A stretch of DNA of 64,000 bases from Eledone cirrhosa (GCA_964016885.1 OZ024748.1:9362001-9426000), one strand, 5' to 3'; shown: positions 25,044 to 38,708, counted from the first letter of the stretch. The notes: generated from the letters alone by a model not told the origin. A program made the numbers and translations.

Positions 25044-26722
25044 TACAGTTGTACACTGAGAGTCATACACTCACAGTTACATGCACATACACACAGTTAC
25101 ACTCACACACATGCAGTTACATACACACTGACAATCACACACTCTCCCAGTTACACACACTATCACGGGCACAAAAGAAGGGGACAAATACAAATGGGGA
25201 GTTTACATACAGGTATATGAAAATAAAACTATTAATAAAATAACAAATAACAATTGAAATCCCCAATAGGGGGGAGGCGTTACACAGGGGTTGTACACAC
25301 CCCGAACAAATGTACAACCCTCATCTCCAGGAGCACCAAGAGTGAGTACTCCCTTCCTCTCTTCTTCTTTTTCCTCAACCTACAGACTTATATAGAGAGA
25401 AGGCCCAACCACTCGGGCCATCTTTGCCACATTCACCCACCTTTTATAAAATTTGCTGGGGTACAGCACCTCTCTCTCCATCCTGGGGTAGACACCTCTC
25501 TCTCCATCCTGGGGTACAGTACCTATCTCTCCATCCTGATTCTTCTTCCAAAATGATATTTGAAAAAACGAATCAGTTGCTCGCCGGAGAGGAAGGTGTC
25601 TGACCTCAGCCCTTTTAACCTCGTCCACCATATAACCTCTTTCACCATAGCCACAACACATAGGAAAACTGCCTTTCTCTCGTTTTTGAAGGAGGGTGGC
25701 GGTTTGATCATGACAATGGACTCGGTGGTCAACTGGATTGGTCCCACCCATGACAATAGTCGTTCTACATAGCCCCACAGGTCGGTAACGCCGGGCAGTG
25801 TACAAATGCGTGCGCGACGGTTTCCTCATCGCGCACGCATCTCGGACAGATCTTTTTCGAAGGGTCCCTGCCCAGGCACCTGTATCTGTAGAGCTTGTTT
25901 CAAACTGGTAGAGCTCCTCGGTAGCACTGCCAGGCCAGGGACTTTTGGAAGTTGTCCATTGGTCCCGGGCGGAAGGTCCTACCAAACAGACTGGCCAGTT
26001 CGTCCTCCTCTATGCCTAGAGTTTCTCCGAGCGCGTCGTCGCACTTGCTGCAGACCAACCCTCTATAGAATGTCGAAGTGGAGTCTCCACTGATCGCCGG
26101 GTCCGTTTGCCAGACGACTGTGAGCGCCTGAGCACATTCGATGTGCCAGTCGCCCATTTAGATAGATATATAGATAGATATGTAACATCCCGACTGCAGT
26201 ACCAAACAGTTTCTGCTTGTGTGTGGTCTCCTCAGTCTCAGCACTGCAGACTCTATATATATATGTGTAGTAGTAGTAGTAGTAGTAGTATAATCCAATT
26301 TTCAAATCTTTTTGAAAAAAAAACAATCCTTCTCAATGTTTTAGTTAATGTAGATTAATTGATTGAAATTCTGCCGTTGTTTTAAAGTTGCTAACTTATG
26401 TCTGTTGAGAGATGACAAGTAATTCGAACTAAGAACAAGAAATACTGAATTAAATCTACTAAAACTATTGCTTTACTGTCAACTATTTTTTACCTGTTAT
26501 TAATAGAAAATATTTTCTTATTATTTTAACTTCTATACAAGGAGATACACACACACACTGTCACTCATACTCACAGTTACACACATATAGACACACACAT
26601 ACAGTTGTACACTGAGAGTCATACACTCACAGTTACACGCACATATACACAGTTACACTCACACACATGCAGTTACATACACACTGACAATCACACACTC
26701 TCCCAGTTACACACACTATCAC
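23659..26722. repeat. Direct tandem duplication of about 1.5 kb (23659-25166 and 25167-26722)
   Basis: Both copies begin gggcacaaaagaagggg and end ttacacacactatcac. Confidence 0.95.
25167..26160 (-). mobile_element. L1/Tx1-like fragment, copy 2 (part of the tandem duplication)
   Basis: About 98% identical to copy 1, with the same 5' truncation point and flank. Confidence 0.85.
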
Positions 26723-27039
26723 ACACACCCACAGTTACACATACACACACTCACAGTTACACCTACTCACACACACATTGTTTCTATTATCTTAACATCT
26801 AGTTATTTCATCTAACCACCTATTATCACCTCTCCATCTTAAATTTATTGTTTTTTCTAATGAAATCCTCCACAAATACCTACATTTTTTTTCTCTCCAC
26901 AACACAAATACTTTCATCACCAGACAAATTGGTGAAATATAACAATATTCTATATTAACACCTGCTCAGAATCACAACTGGAAGCTTTTCTACTATTTTA
27001 CAACCTTTTTTTACTGCACCACCTCTCTCCATATTTCAC

Positions 27040-27310
27040 TGACTTATCCATCATCTGGATCTTTCCTGTGATTGGAAAAAGGTTTATATCCTTGATGCTC
27101 TTCCCTTCCATTATCCCTGCGCATCCTCTACATACAAAGTCTTCCCTTCCTGTTAGTATACCTGTTATCCCACTACATCTCTTGTGTACCCAAGATTTAC
27201 ATTGTGTACATTGTATAGAATTTCTACCTCCACTTTTTCTACATATTGAGTAGGGCCAGTTCCCTGATGGAACCAGGTTCCTGTCTTCTTTCCTAGTCAT
27301 TAGGTATGAT
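27040..27310 (-). mobile_element. Decayed non-LTR retrotransposon fragment (RTE-like) with PHD-like Cys finger
   Basis: WPYSICRKSGGRNSIQCTQCKSWVHKRCSGITGILTGREDFVCRGC resembles the C..C..NSI.C..C..WVHKRC insert of invertebrate RTE-group elements; isolated, with the first Cys mutated. Confidence 0.6.
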
Positions 27311-28054
27311 CCCATCCAGCAGCTTACCATTTTACATCTTCTTAATTGCTTCTTTCACTCTGTCAATTTCAATAGTTGGACCCCCAGTTTGCTCAACTGA
27401 GAGCGGTCTCTCTTTCTCTCACTCATTTTCCACATTCTTCAGCCCCTTTTAATGACATTTTCAACCTCTTTCCTTTGATTGTCAGTAATGTTGGGTGCAC
27501 TTGTGTTATTTCAGATATATTTTTTTCCCCGACAACATCCTGGTTTTCATTGACACACTGCTTTGCAATGTGGAACACCTCACTTCTCTCTTGTAAATTG
27601 TCTCATCAGAACTTGCAATTGTCTTTTATGATATATATATATATCTAACACCCCCCTCTCATCATATGCATCACGTAGGGCTTTTCTAATTCTATATTTA
27701 TCAGGGGGCTCCTTTAGTTTCCATACTCTCCCCTTCCAGATTTCCCTGCATTTCTTATTCCCGCTCCTACTTATTCTGATGTCACTAATAACTAATGTAT
27801 GTTGTGTGGTGTACTATTCTCCGAGGAAGAACGCATTAGTCGTAACCATCTGTCTTATGTGTTTACTTGATTGGTAATCAGGTAGCTGGCTACTTTCCTG
27901 AAGTTAGTGTTGCAGATAGTTCATTTGCTTCACAAAGTTCTATGTATTGTTCCCTCTTCGTTTCTCAAGCCACAACCAGGATCACTATGTACAAACGTGA
28001 TTTGCATATTTCAATTGTTTCAATATTGATCAGCTCAGGGTACAATCAATGTTT

Positions 28055-29905
28055 GAAACTATTAGTGTAGTGTTTAGTGGTAAATAACTGGTTGTAAACT
28101 ATTAGTGTAGTGTTTAGTGGTAACTAACTGGTTGTAAACTATTAGTGTAGTGTTTAGTGGTAAATACTGGTTGTAAACTATTAGTGTAGTGTTTAGTGGT
28201 AAGTAACTGGTTGTAAACTATTAGTGTAGTGTTTAGTGGTAACTAACTGGTTGTAAACTATATTAGTGTAGTGTTTAGTGGTAAATACTGGTTGTAAACT
28301 ATTAGTGTAGTGTTTAGTGGTAAATAACTGGTTATAAACTATTAGTGTAGTGTTTAGTGGTAAATAACTGGTAAACTGTTAGTGTAGTGTTTAGTGGTAA
28401 ATAACTGGTAAACTATTAGTGTAGTGTTTAGTGGTAAATACTGGTTGTAAACTATTAGTGTAGTGTTTAGTGGTAAATAACTGGTTGTAAACTATTATTG
28501 TAGTGTTTAGTGGTAAATAACTAGTTGTAAACTATTAGTGTAGTGTTTAGTGGTAAATACTGGTTGTAAACTATTAGTGTAGTGTTTAGTGGTAAATAAC
28601 TGGTTGTAAACTATTAGTGTAGTGTTTAGTGGTAAATAACTGGTTGTAAACTATTAGTGTAGTGTTTAGTGGTAAATACTGGTTGTAAACTATTAGTGTA
28701 GTGTTTAGTGGTAAATAACTGGTTGTAAACTATTAGTGTAGTGTTTAGTGGTAAATACTGGTTGTAAACTATTAGTGTAGTGTTTAGTGGTAAATAACTG
28801 GTTGTAAACTATTAGTGTAGTGTTTAGTGGTAACTAACTGGTTGTAAACTATATTAGTGTAGTGTTTAGTGGTAAATACTGGTTGTAAACTATTAGTGTA
28901 GTGTTTAGTGGTAAATAACTGGTTATAAACTATTAGTGTAGTGTTTAGTGGTAAATAACTGGTTGTAAACTATTAGTGTAGTGTTTAGTGGTAAATACTG
29001 GTTGTAAACTATTAGTGTAGTGTTTAGTGGTAAATAACTGGTTGTAAACTATTAGTGTAGTGTTTAGTGGTAAATACTGGTTGTAAACTATTAGTGTAGT
29101 GTTTAGTGGTAAATAACTGGTTGTAAACTATTAGTGTAGTGTTTAGTGGTAAATACTGGTTGTAAACTATTAGTGTAGTGTTTAGTGGTAAATACTGGTT
29201 GTAAACTATTAGTGTAGTGTTTAGTGGTAAATAACTGGTTATAAACTATTAGTGTAGTGCTTAGTGGTAAATAACTGGTTTGAAACTATTAGTGTAGTGT
29301 TTAGTAGTAAATAACTGGTTGTAAACTATTAGTGTAGTGTTTAGTGGTAAATACTGGTTGTAAACTATTAGTGTAGTGTTTAGTGGTAAATAACTGGTTA
29401 TAAACTATTAGTGTAGTGTTTAGTGTTAAATAACTGGTTTGAAACTATTAGTGTAGTGTTTAGTGTTAAATAACTGGTTTGAAACTATTAATGTTAAATA
29501 ATTCATTTGAGTATATTAGTATAGTGTTTAGAGTTAAATAACTGGTTTGAAACTATTAATGTTAAATAACTCGTTTGAGTATATTAGTGTAGTGTTTAGT
29601 GTTAAATAACTGGTTTGAAACTATTAATGTTAAATAACTCGTTTGAGTATATTAGTGTAGTGTTTAGTGTTAAATAACTGGTTTGAAACTATTAGTTTTA
29701 AATAACTGGTTTGAAACTATTAATGTTAAATAACTCGTTTGAGTATATTAGTGTAGTGTTTAGTGTTAAATAACTGGTTTGAAACTATTAATGTTAAATA
29801 ACTCGTTTGAGTATATTAGTGTAGTGTTTAGTGTTAAATAACTGGTTTGAAACTATTAATGTTAAATAACTCGTTTGAGTATATTAGTGTAGTGTTTAGT
29901 GTTAA
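28055..29905. repeat. 39/40-bp minisatellite switching to a 68-bp unit at about 29460
   Basis: Unit AACTATTAGTGTAGTGTTTAGTGGTAAATAACTGGTTGTA; distal unit adds atgttaaataactcgtttgagtatatta. Confidence 0.97.
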
Positions 29906-30668
29906 AGCTACCTCATATCTTATCTCCATTGTCATTGAAATTCTTGTGGTTTAACAACCATAAAGTCTGCCAAAATATTGAATGAGATGTAAATACAATG
30001 TAAATATATTGTTCATGGTATTTATTAGCTACTTGTGACTGTTGCAAGGTTCAATACCACCTTAAGCATTAAGTAGTTTACCAAATTTCAAGAATTTACT
30101 TAAATGCTGATAATCCTTTCTGTAATGACGTTGAACTTAGTAAATTGCTTTCTAATTTCTGTTTCTATTGACAAGACTTGGCAAATGTCCATTCTATTCT
30201 AAGGAGATAATCTCTACAAAGGAGTTGAGATATTGTCAAGACCATTTTAATTTTATTGATTTATTAACTTCAACTCTTTATAGCAGTTGACTGTTGTTTT
30301 AGATTTGTTTCTGTTAACCCCACCCCCACCCCAACCCCTAACCCCTGCAAAATCCAAACGAAGGAGCATCTCTATTCTATTATAGAATGTTCTGGCTCAA
30401 TGTGGATTATGTTGTCAAAATATATTCTGTAAAAACAGATACATATCAATAAAATCATATCAGAACAAGTAGCAAATCATAAATAGAAATAATCATTCAA
30501 GTTGTTCAGCTGCTAAATTCTAGGTTTGGTTTCAAACCTTACTCAAGGAATTACAGAACCATTTTACTAATACATAAAAACAACAAATATTTATAGTCTA
30601 AATTTCTCTAATTATTCTTCAGTGTATCTTAAATTCTGAAACAAATCCTTTTTTTTCTTTTGTTCCAG

Positions 30669-30898
30669 CTGCATTCCAAGGTCCAGTTGTTGGTTCGTCA
30701 AGCCCTGCTCCTGGAAGTATCAGTGCCACTGTAAGGGACCAAACTGCTGTTAATACTTACCCTACATTGCATTCCACACCTCCCATTGTGAATGCTCCTA
30801 CATGGAACCCTGCCACACATCCGCCTCCTCGTAACATCAGTCCTGCTAACACAGGTAGCTCATCAGGTGCTTCACCCCAAGCTGACATCAAAGTAGAG
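30669..30898 (+). CDS. NAB: NAB coding exon 3, Ser/Pro/Thr-rich linker between NCD1 and NCD2
   Basis: Long polypyrimidine tract and ttccAG ending at 30668; continues exon 2 in phase 1 with no stops: (A)AFQGPVVGSSSPAPGSISATVRDQTAVNTYPTLHSTPPIVNAPTWNPATHPPPRNISPANTGSSSGASPQADIKVE; GC-richer than flanks; donor GAG|GTAGGC at 30899, phase 0. Confidence 0.85.
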
Positions 30899-32949
30899 GT
30901 AGGCTTCTCCATTTCTTAACCCTTTTTTTTTCTGTATTCTTGTTAATGTTTAATTGTTATTCTTCTATTCTCATTATTGTTGGTGGTGGTAGTGTCAGTG
31001 GTGGTGGTGGTGGTATTGGTGGTAGTGACAGTGGTGGTGGTCCTTATTTACTATGGTAATATTTAATAAAAAATATAATTTACTTTGTATTAATATTTTT
31101 TTAGGAAAACTAATATATTAAATACAATTTATTGTACCTGAGCTAATGTAGAAATTATTTGACCAACATTTAATAAGTTAAGCACATTTCTGAAATAAAC
31201 TCACAAATATTGGTTTTAATTGCTGAATAATTATATCATTAGCATCTTAAGTGTTTTGGAAGTTTTGAAATATTTTGAATTAATGTTCCACGGAATCAAA
31301 AGAAGGAAAAAATATTGCTGAAAGATTTCAAGATGACTAAGATGACAGGTGAAAAGTTAACATCTGTTCCAAATTAGAAATTTCAGTGCAAGCTAATCAA
31401 AATCTACTTTTAATAAGTTTGTGTCATTAGGTGTTATATTGGCACAGCATTATGCTTGAAGACTGCTGAAAACTATATTTCACTTTGCTTAGCTGTTATC
31501 ATTAACCTGCTGCTTCCATTGTAAAAAAAACTCAGAGTTGAAGTTTTTCATTAAATGGAAACATAAGATGTCACTAACTGAAATAATGTTTGAAAAATTA
31601 GATAATTTTGTAAATCAATTTTGTCTTCGAGTTTAACCTCGTGAAGATGGTAATATAACGTCAGTTGTGTCTTCCATGATAAAAACTAAAGTTATAAAAT
31701 GTCTTCCAAATATTTCCACTTCATCCATCCATCATAAAGACTTTCACAATTTGTAAATTAGAATTATTTTAATGATTGACTTTTAAATTTATGATCATAA
31801 AATATACATAATGACACAATTTCAATAGTCTTCATTTTTAAAATTGTATTTAAAAAACAAATTAGTTACAAAGTAACTTAATATCTTAAAAGAATTGTGC
31901 TCTTTCTTGGGTAGCAAAATTCTAATTGATAATTTTTGTCTTTAAAAAACTTCCACTGGCTCCTTGTGATGAAACATTGTTTATGAAAGACCTTGTCTAC
32001 TGCTATGGAGACACAGTTTAAGAAGTACAACCGAGGATCTTTAATATCATGTCTTTCAAGAAATTTCACTGACCTATCAGAGCAGATCTTAATAAAACCT
32101 TTTAGAGGCTTCATGGTAAATGTCAACGATCCACTACCGAAATCGTTGGTTCAATAACATGGTTTAATGGCTGATCAGTTCCTTTATATTGGTTTAGTAA
32201 TATGGTTTTATGGCTGATCAATTATCAATGCTTGTAAACACACCTATTAAATGACTAAAACATCTTCATATTATCCAAGTAAATGGCAGCTTGTGTGATA
32301 AATTTAAAGTGTCTTTTGTTCTGTTTGATATCAAACTATTTTTGGTGGAGAGATGTTGTTATAAATCCTTACAATCTGCTGGAATTTCATGTCATTTATT
32401 TAGCTGCCACCAGTTTATATTAACTTTCTATGATTTGTCCACCTACTATTTAGAGGACTTATCTTTTTGTTTCACTTATATCATTAAAGTCAACCTCCAG
32501 AAAATGCCCCATTACAACCTACACAAGAACTCTTGACCAACATCTGTATCACTACACTTGTTCACTGAGGTTTGTGCAGTTCCAAATGCCAAAAAAGGCC
32601 AATTTTTCAGACTCTAAAATAGATCCCCACACCTTGCAATACTGCTTTTGTAAAAACACAGATCCAGCACTCATTTAAAGGAGTTAGTAATACAGTTGTC
32701 ACCAGCACTTCATTGTTACTATAATTATGCCACTTAAAGATGTGTTAAATTGGAGCAAAAGGTCAAAAGAAAACAAAAAAAGGGAGAAAAAAAAACTTTC
32801 TATTCTTCCCTGCTAGTTGATGTATCTTCAGGCTTCTTGCCAAATTACATTCAATTCAGTTTATTAACATTGTGTAAACATACATTATATAAACATACAT
32901 TGTATACACATACACTGAAAATGGATTATATTCTCTTCCTCCTATCTTT

Positions 32950-34015
32950 CTGATGGAACATTTTTATCTACACATTCTACTAAAACCCTCATTTCAATGT
33001 AACTTGTTTCCAAACTCACTAATACACTCTCAAACTCTACTGTAACAACATATCTCTTTGTTGCATGTTGGAGACAAACTGTTCTCAAGTCCTCCATGAA
33101 CTCTTCACTCAACAATTCTCCATATTACATGGGAACAATTCTATGCCAATCATTCATATTCTCTTCCAAATTACCATCTTTTATCACTTCTTTTACAAAT
33201 CCAAATAGTTATGGGGTAATAATAAACCCCTAACTCATCTAGTCTTGCTTCTCAGTGACCAACAGTATGCCTTTCGTTCAAACAGGTCAACCGGTGACCT
33301 ACTGTTGTATATCACCTCCAAATGGCCCTCGACCACGAAGCATCATGGGGAAAGCAGAACAGTTGCACTTGACATATACAAGGGTTTTGATAAACTCCAA
33401 TACCAAGATCTCAGCAAGGTATTATCATGAAATCCAGCCAAACATCTGAAATTGGCAGGCTAACTCTTGAGTCTAATCACTCTATGGCTAGCCATCAACA
33501 ATGTTTTTTGTTTTTTTCCAAAGTCCTGCCCATGCACTCTAAGTTACCATCAACCTGTTCTCTACCAAGGACTTTTATTCATTCTTCTGTTGAAAAACTA
33601 ACACACCTGTCTTCCTGCCATACTTCACAAACTTCTACGCCATTCTTGAAATGATGTATGTGCTACTGTTTGAAGCATGGATTTATAATTTCAAACTTAC
33701 TCAAATTGGTGCTCCAGAAACTTTATTTCATTTAACCAACAACACAATCAGTCCAAAATGGCAAGAAAAACAAGTATGATCTTTACATTTCCATGCTTAG
33801 CTCATCACTGAACATTTTTCCATTTCCAACTAACTTTACCTAGTAATGAAACAGTACTCCTTTCACTAAGGTTATCTCTTTAAACAGCTGCTCTTTCTTT
33901 CGATCCAGAGAAAGACATTTTCAGCCTTCAGCAAGCTGCCATTTCTTACACTAAAAAAAAAAAGAAAAAAAAATCTTCAGCTCAAACTACAAATGGAGTA
34001 TTATTCACATCTGAA
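32950..34015 (+). mobile_element. Highly decayed LINE reverse transcriptase remnant (CR1/Jockey-group-like)
   Basis: 33245-33400 translates LLSDQQYAFRSNRSTGDLLLY..GESRTVALDIYKGFD, the RT motifs QYGFR..RST and LDISKAFD; outer limits uncertain. Confidence 0.7.
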
Positions 34016-35938
34016 GAAACTTTTATCAAATATTTGTACAACAGCTTATCTTTAACTCTGGTTTTTATTACTTTAAAAAAAAAATAATGAATTCTAATAG
34101 GTGATGGTTTTTAGCAATATTTCATTGCTAAATGTTTTTGAAAACATTTGCAAAAATCTTTCACCAAATCCTTGAAATGTTTGCCAAGATTTTGGCATTA
34201 ATACAGTATCATCATTTCTTCCAATTTTATAATAAAAGTTGTCAAAAAATGTCTTCTTAATTCTAGACTTTGTTTTAAAATTCTTTACAAATGTTTTAAT
34301 TATTATCAACTAACCATTCATTTTCAAGTATGAATCCAAAGACTGTTTGCTCAGAAATGTCATTTCTCCAAAATGTGCATGCCTAAGCTTGGTTTTTTAC
34401 AGATTTCTTGAGTTTTATAAATACTTTTTCACAACAGTTTTAGCTATGAATTCTTTGTTTTTATCTCAGAAGCTTTTATAACTTTCTGTGTATGATTAAA
34501 ATACTAAAATATTGGTGCAGATCTAGTTGGTTGTTTTGCCATTTCTCTATATCATTTATAGTAATTAGATTGACTGGCATTCCAAGTAAATGTCTATTAT
34601 GTTGAAAGATATGTAATGTAACAATGTTGCCTGATACTTGTAATGTCAACCCTGACAAATAAAATTAAAACTCAGCATTTCAAAATGACTTACTTTTCAC
34701 ATTTTCCCTTATAATGAAGTATGTTTTCACAATGTTAAAGATTTCAGTCTTCTTTTGGTGACAATTCTAAATTTGAAAATGTTCATCCTCTACATAAATT
34801 TATTTCCAAGTTTATGTTGTAAATTTCAAAATGTTATTTTAAGTTTCCATACAGGGTTTACTTTTAAAATATTCTTGAAATCATTTTAGTAATTTATTAA
34901 GGAAATTAATAGCCCTTTCCATATTAGCAAGCTTCATTTATAGTTAATATATTTCTGGTCTCAGCTGCTTCCTCTGAAGTCTTCTCTTTTACAAATAATC
35001 ATCTTATAATTTCCATTTTTTTTTTTTCAAGATAGTATTTATTTCTCCTAACTAAAGTATATGTTTTTGTTAATGTGGTGTTGGTGTGCGCTCTAGTCAC
35101 TTCATTTTCAGGCCTCTCTTCCTATTTTCAAATTTCTACAAGGTTTAGTAATTTTCTTCCTTGTACGTGAATTGTTTGTAAGTTGTATAGGAGTAGTCTG
35201 TGTAAACAGAGCATTGGTGGAATTTAAATTTTCAGTGATTCTTTTTTTAATCCAAAACATAATTCTTAAGAAATTGCCTATATTTAAATGACTTATGGAT
35301 TATAGCAGTCTTTGATTTACAAAAAAAAAACTTATTACTTGTACCTGCGTCTTGTTTTCAGAAAGCAGTGGCAGACCTCTACTGCATGGCTTCTATTTTT
35401 TTTCCTTCTTTTTGTAGATTTCAGTAGCTCTATTTTGATCATTTTTTAACACATTCAGGAATAAAAATAATAATTTGAAATACCATCTTAATTTTACACA
35501 AAGTAGTCATTTGTTGGGGTTTATATTAGAAATGTTATATGCAGTGCCCTAAAGATTTTCTCACATCATCTCCATTTCAAACAAATGAATTCTTGCTATT
35601 ATTACTGGATTGACAAAGCCAGTAAAATAGCAGACAAAATGTTAGGTGGTATTTACTTACAGTCAGGTCAACTTTGCCTTTCATCCTCTCAGGTCATGTT
35701 TGGGTTTATATCATTGACTAAACCCCTAAATTTCTGGCCCACCAATGTGTCATGTAAGAAACAGCTACTATTGATATTTGGTTGCTAATGTCATTGCTAT
35801 TATCTGCTATAAAATATAGATCCCAAAAGATCAATTAAAATATTTTGTCTCAAAGAATAACAAATTCAGTCATTATTGTAACTTGAAGAACAGAAAGGCA
35901 ACATGTAAACAGAAATGTCTTTAAAAGCTATTGAATGT

Positions 35939-37020
35939 TTCTACATATAGTGTCTCTACATATACTAACACTACATATTGTATATCTACATATACAAACA
36001 CTACATATTGTATATCTACATACAATATACTCTACATATACTAACACTACATATTGTATATCTACATATATTGTCTCTACATACAATATACTCTACATAT
36101 AGTGTCTCTACATATTGTATATCTACAATATTGTCTCTACATACAATATACTCTACATATACTAATACTACATATTGTATATCTACATATAGTGTCTCTA
36201 CATATTGTATATCTACATATATTGTCTCTACATACAATTTACTCTACATATATTGTCTCTACATACAATTTACTCTACATATATTGTCTCTACATATATT
36301 GTCTCTACATACAATTTACTCTACATATATTGTCTCTACATATACTAATACTACATATTGTATATCTACATATAGTGTCTCTACATATTGTATATCTACA
36401 TATATTGTCTCTACATACAATATACTCTACATATAGTGTCTCTACATATTGTATATCTACAATATTGTCTCTACATACAATATACTCTACATATATTGTC
36501 TCTACATATACTAATACTACATATTGTATATCTACATATAGTGTCTCTACATACAATATACTCTACATATAGTGTCTCTACATACAATATACTCTACATA
36601 TAGTGTCTCTACATACAATATACTCTACATATATTGTCTCTACATACAATATACTCTACATATATTGTCTCTACATACAATATACTCTACATATAGTGTC
36701 TCTACATACAATATACTCTACATATAGTGTCTCTACATACAATATACTCTACATATATTGTCTCTACATACAATATACTCTACATATATTGTCTCTACAT
36801 ACAATATACTCTACATATATTGTCTCTACATACAATATACTCTACATATAGTGTCTCTACATACAATATACTCTACATATATTGTCTCTACATACAATAT
36901 ACTCTACATATAGTGTCTCTACATACAATATACTCTACATATAGTGTCTCTACATACAATATACTCTACATATAGTGTCTCTACATACAATATACTCTAC
37001 ATATAGTGTCTCTACACATA
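35939..37020. repeat. Minisatellite of 15-16-bp CTACAT-based subunits, settling into a 31-bp unit
   Basis: ctctacatatagtgtctctacatacaatata repeated; source of the ORFs at 35978-36975. Confidence 0.95.
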
Positions 37021-38633
37021 ACTACCTCTATACAAACTGTATGGATTGTCTCTGGCTCAAAGTGATGAACCCAACACTCAGCCTGGGTTAGGAAATGTTC
37101 AACTAGCCTCAAACAATGTCAAATTTTCCCGTGATGTGATCACCCTGATTTCACAGCTCTAGCATCCTTCATAGTCAGCCTATGAATCTTTCGGCCTGCC
37201 CTCATATACTGTACTCTACATATAGCTGTATTTAGGATTTCATTAAGAAAGCCATTATTCCTTATTGTTAGACTCCATATTTCAGAAGTATGTCTCTATC
37301 CCCCCCCCCCTGTCTACTATTTTAATAAGAGTGCTATAAAAATGTCATACTAAATAGTATTTTCATACAATAATTTATATAATTATTTAAAATCTTTATT
37401 TAACTGAGACACTTCTTTCCTTATTCAGGCTCTTGTCATCCTTCCTAGCATGTCCTTATTAAATGAACACAATATACTTTTAATATCTGCATTGCTTAAA
37501 TTCTTTTCCTCTCATATGTTTGCCTTGCTATTTTTCTTATCCTTTGTATTATTATTATTATTATCATCATCATCATCGTTATTATTTATTTATTTATTTA
37601 TTTTTAAATATAATTTACCTTATATGACAAATATTTAAAATTTTAAATATTTAATAAATCAATGAATGAATATTTAGACAAATAAGTTGGAACATTCTGG
37701 AGCAAAATTCTTCTTTTCTTTTTTTCTCCTTTTGTCTATTAAAAAAAACACAACATATTGTTAGTTTTTCTGCAGTGCATGTGTCAGTTTTATTGAAACA
37801 ATGCAATGTTATAGAGTAATGCTGCATCAGTGAGGTGCTTCTACAGTTGTGGCTGACTTTTAATGGAAAATCTCATACCAGAATGTCACAACTCATCAAT
37901 ATGAAAATGTTAAATTTTTCAAAACCTAATTATAATTTAAGCTATTGAATTTAATATATAAAATAAATTGTGTTGTAGCTGATAATTTTAAAATAGAGTT
38001 CCTTTTTCTGGAGGAATTTTCATGTTTGTCTATTCATTAAAAATTTTCTGCATTCAGATTATAATGATAAGATTTGTTGCAGTAGTATACTGAGAAACAA
38101 AAGTAATAATGGTGATAATAATAATAATAAATAAATAAATTGTTGATAAAAAACAAAAATAGGGAAAATAGACTTTTTATTATTCTTTTGTCTAATTTTG
38201 ATAGTTAATAATTTATTCAACTAATCAATTTTATGAATATAAAATGTAAGCCAAAATTGTCAAAATAGAATATTACCTTAAAACCTATTCTATAAATTTC
38301 AGCCGATCTTGTTCATTCTTTTGTGTTAAATCTTCCAGGCATTACACTTGTATTTATACCTCTTTGCTAGTCTCAAACCTATAACCCTTATTATCAGTAA
38401 AATATATTAAATAAGTTATATAGATTCCTTCTCTTCTGCTCTGAACTGATTTATAACTTCACCATTCTATCAGGTATCAATACAATTGGAATTTTAGACT
38501 TTAACCTCTGGGATAATATCTGGTTTAAAACCTACACATGATCTATCATACAAAACTTCTGCTTTTAAAGTTCTTATTTTAAAACCTCCTGTTTTAATTT
38601 TAAGAACATCATTAATAACAACATCAACATCAT

Positions 38634-38708
38634 TAATAATAATAATGAAATTATTGTGTAAAGTGCTCAGGTGCACTACAACTCGTCAAAGGTGCATGTA
38701 TAGTACAT
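38634..38708 (-). mobile_element. Extreme 3' end of a CR1-like LINE
   Basis: Reverse complement matches 39759-39830 with 5 mismatches over about 68 nt, plus an (ATT)n tail. Confidence 0.8.

Noticed and set aside
26998-27330. Host PHD-finger gene nested antisense in the NAB intron
   Set aside because: Isolated, first Cys lost, no partner exons; the motif fits a retrotransposon-borne finger better.
27815-27855. Second hammerhead-like motif (ccgaggaagaac..gtcgtaac)
   Set aside because: Both core boxes deviate, stem II is poor, and no Penelope coding remnant was recognised nearby.
30315-30347. Telomere-like or G-quadruplex tract (accccacccccaccccaacccctaacccc)
   Set aside because: Only one CCCTAA-like unit; too short to call. 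G4 potential on the - strand is possible but unremarkable.
35978-36975. Cluster of Y/I/L/H/S/T-rich ORFs on both strands
   Set aside because: Minisatellite translations.
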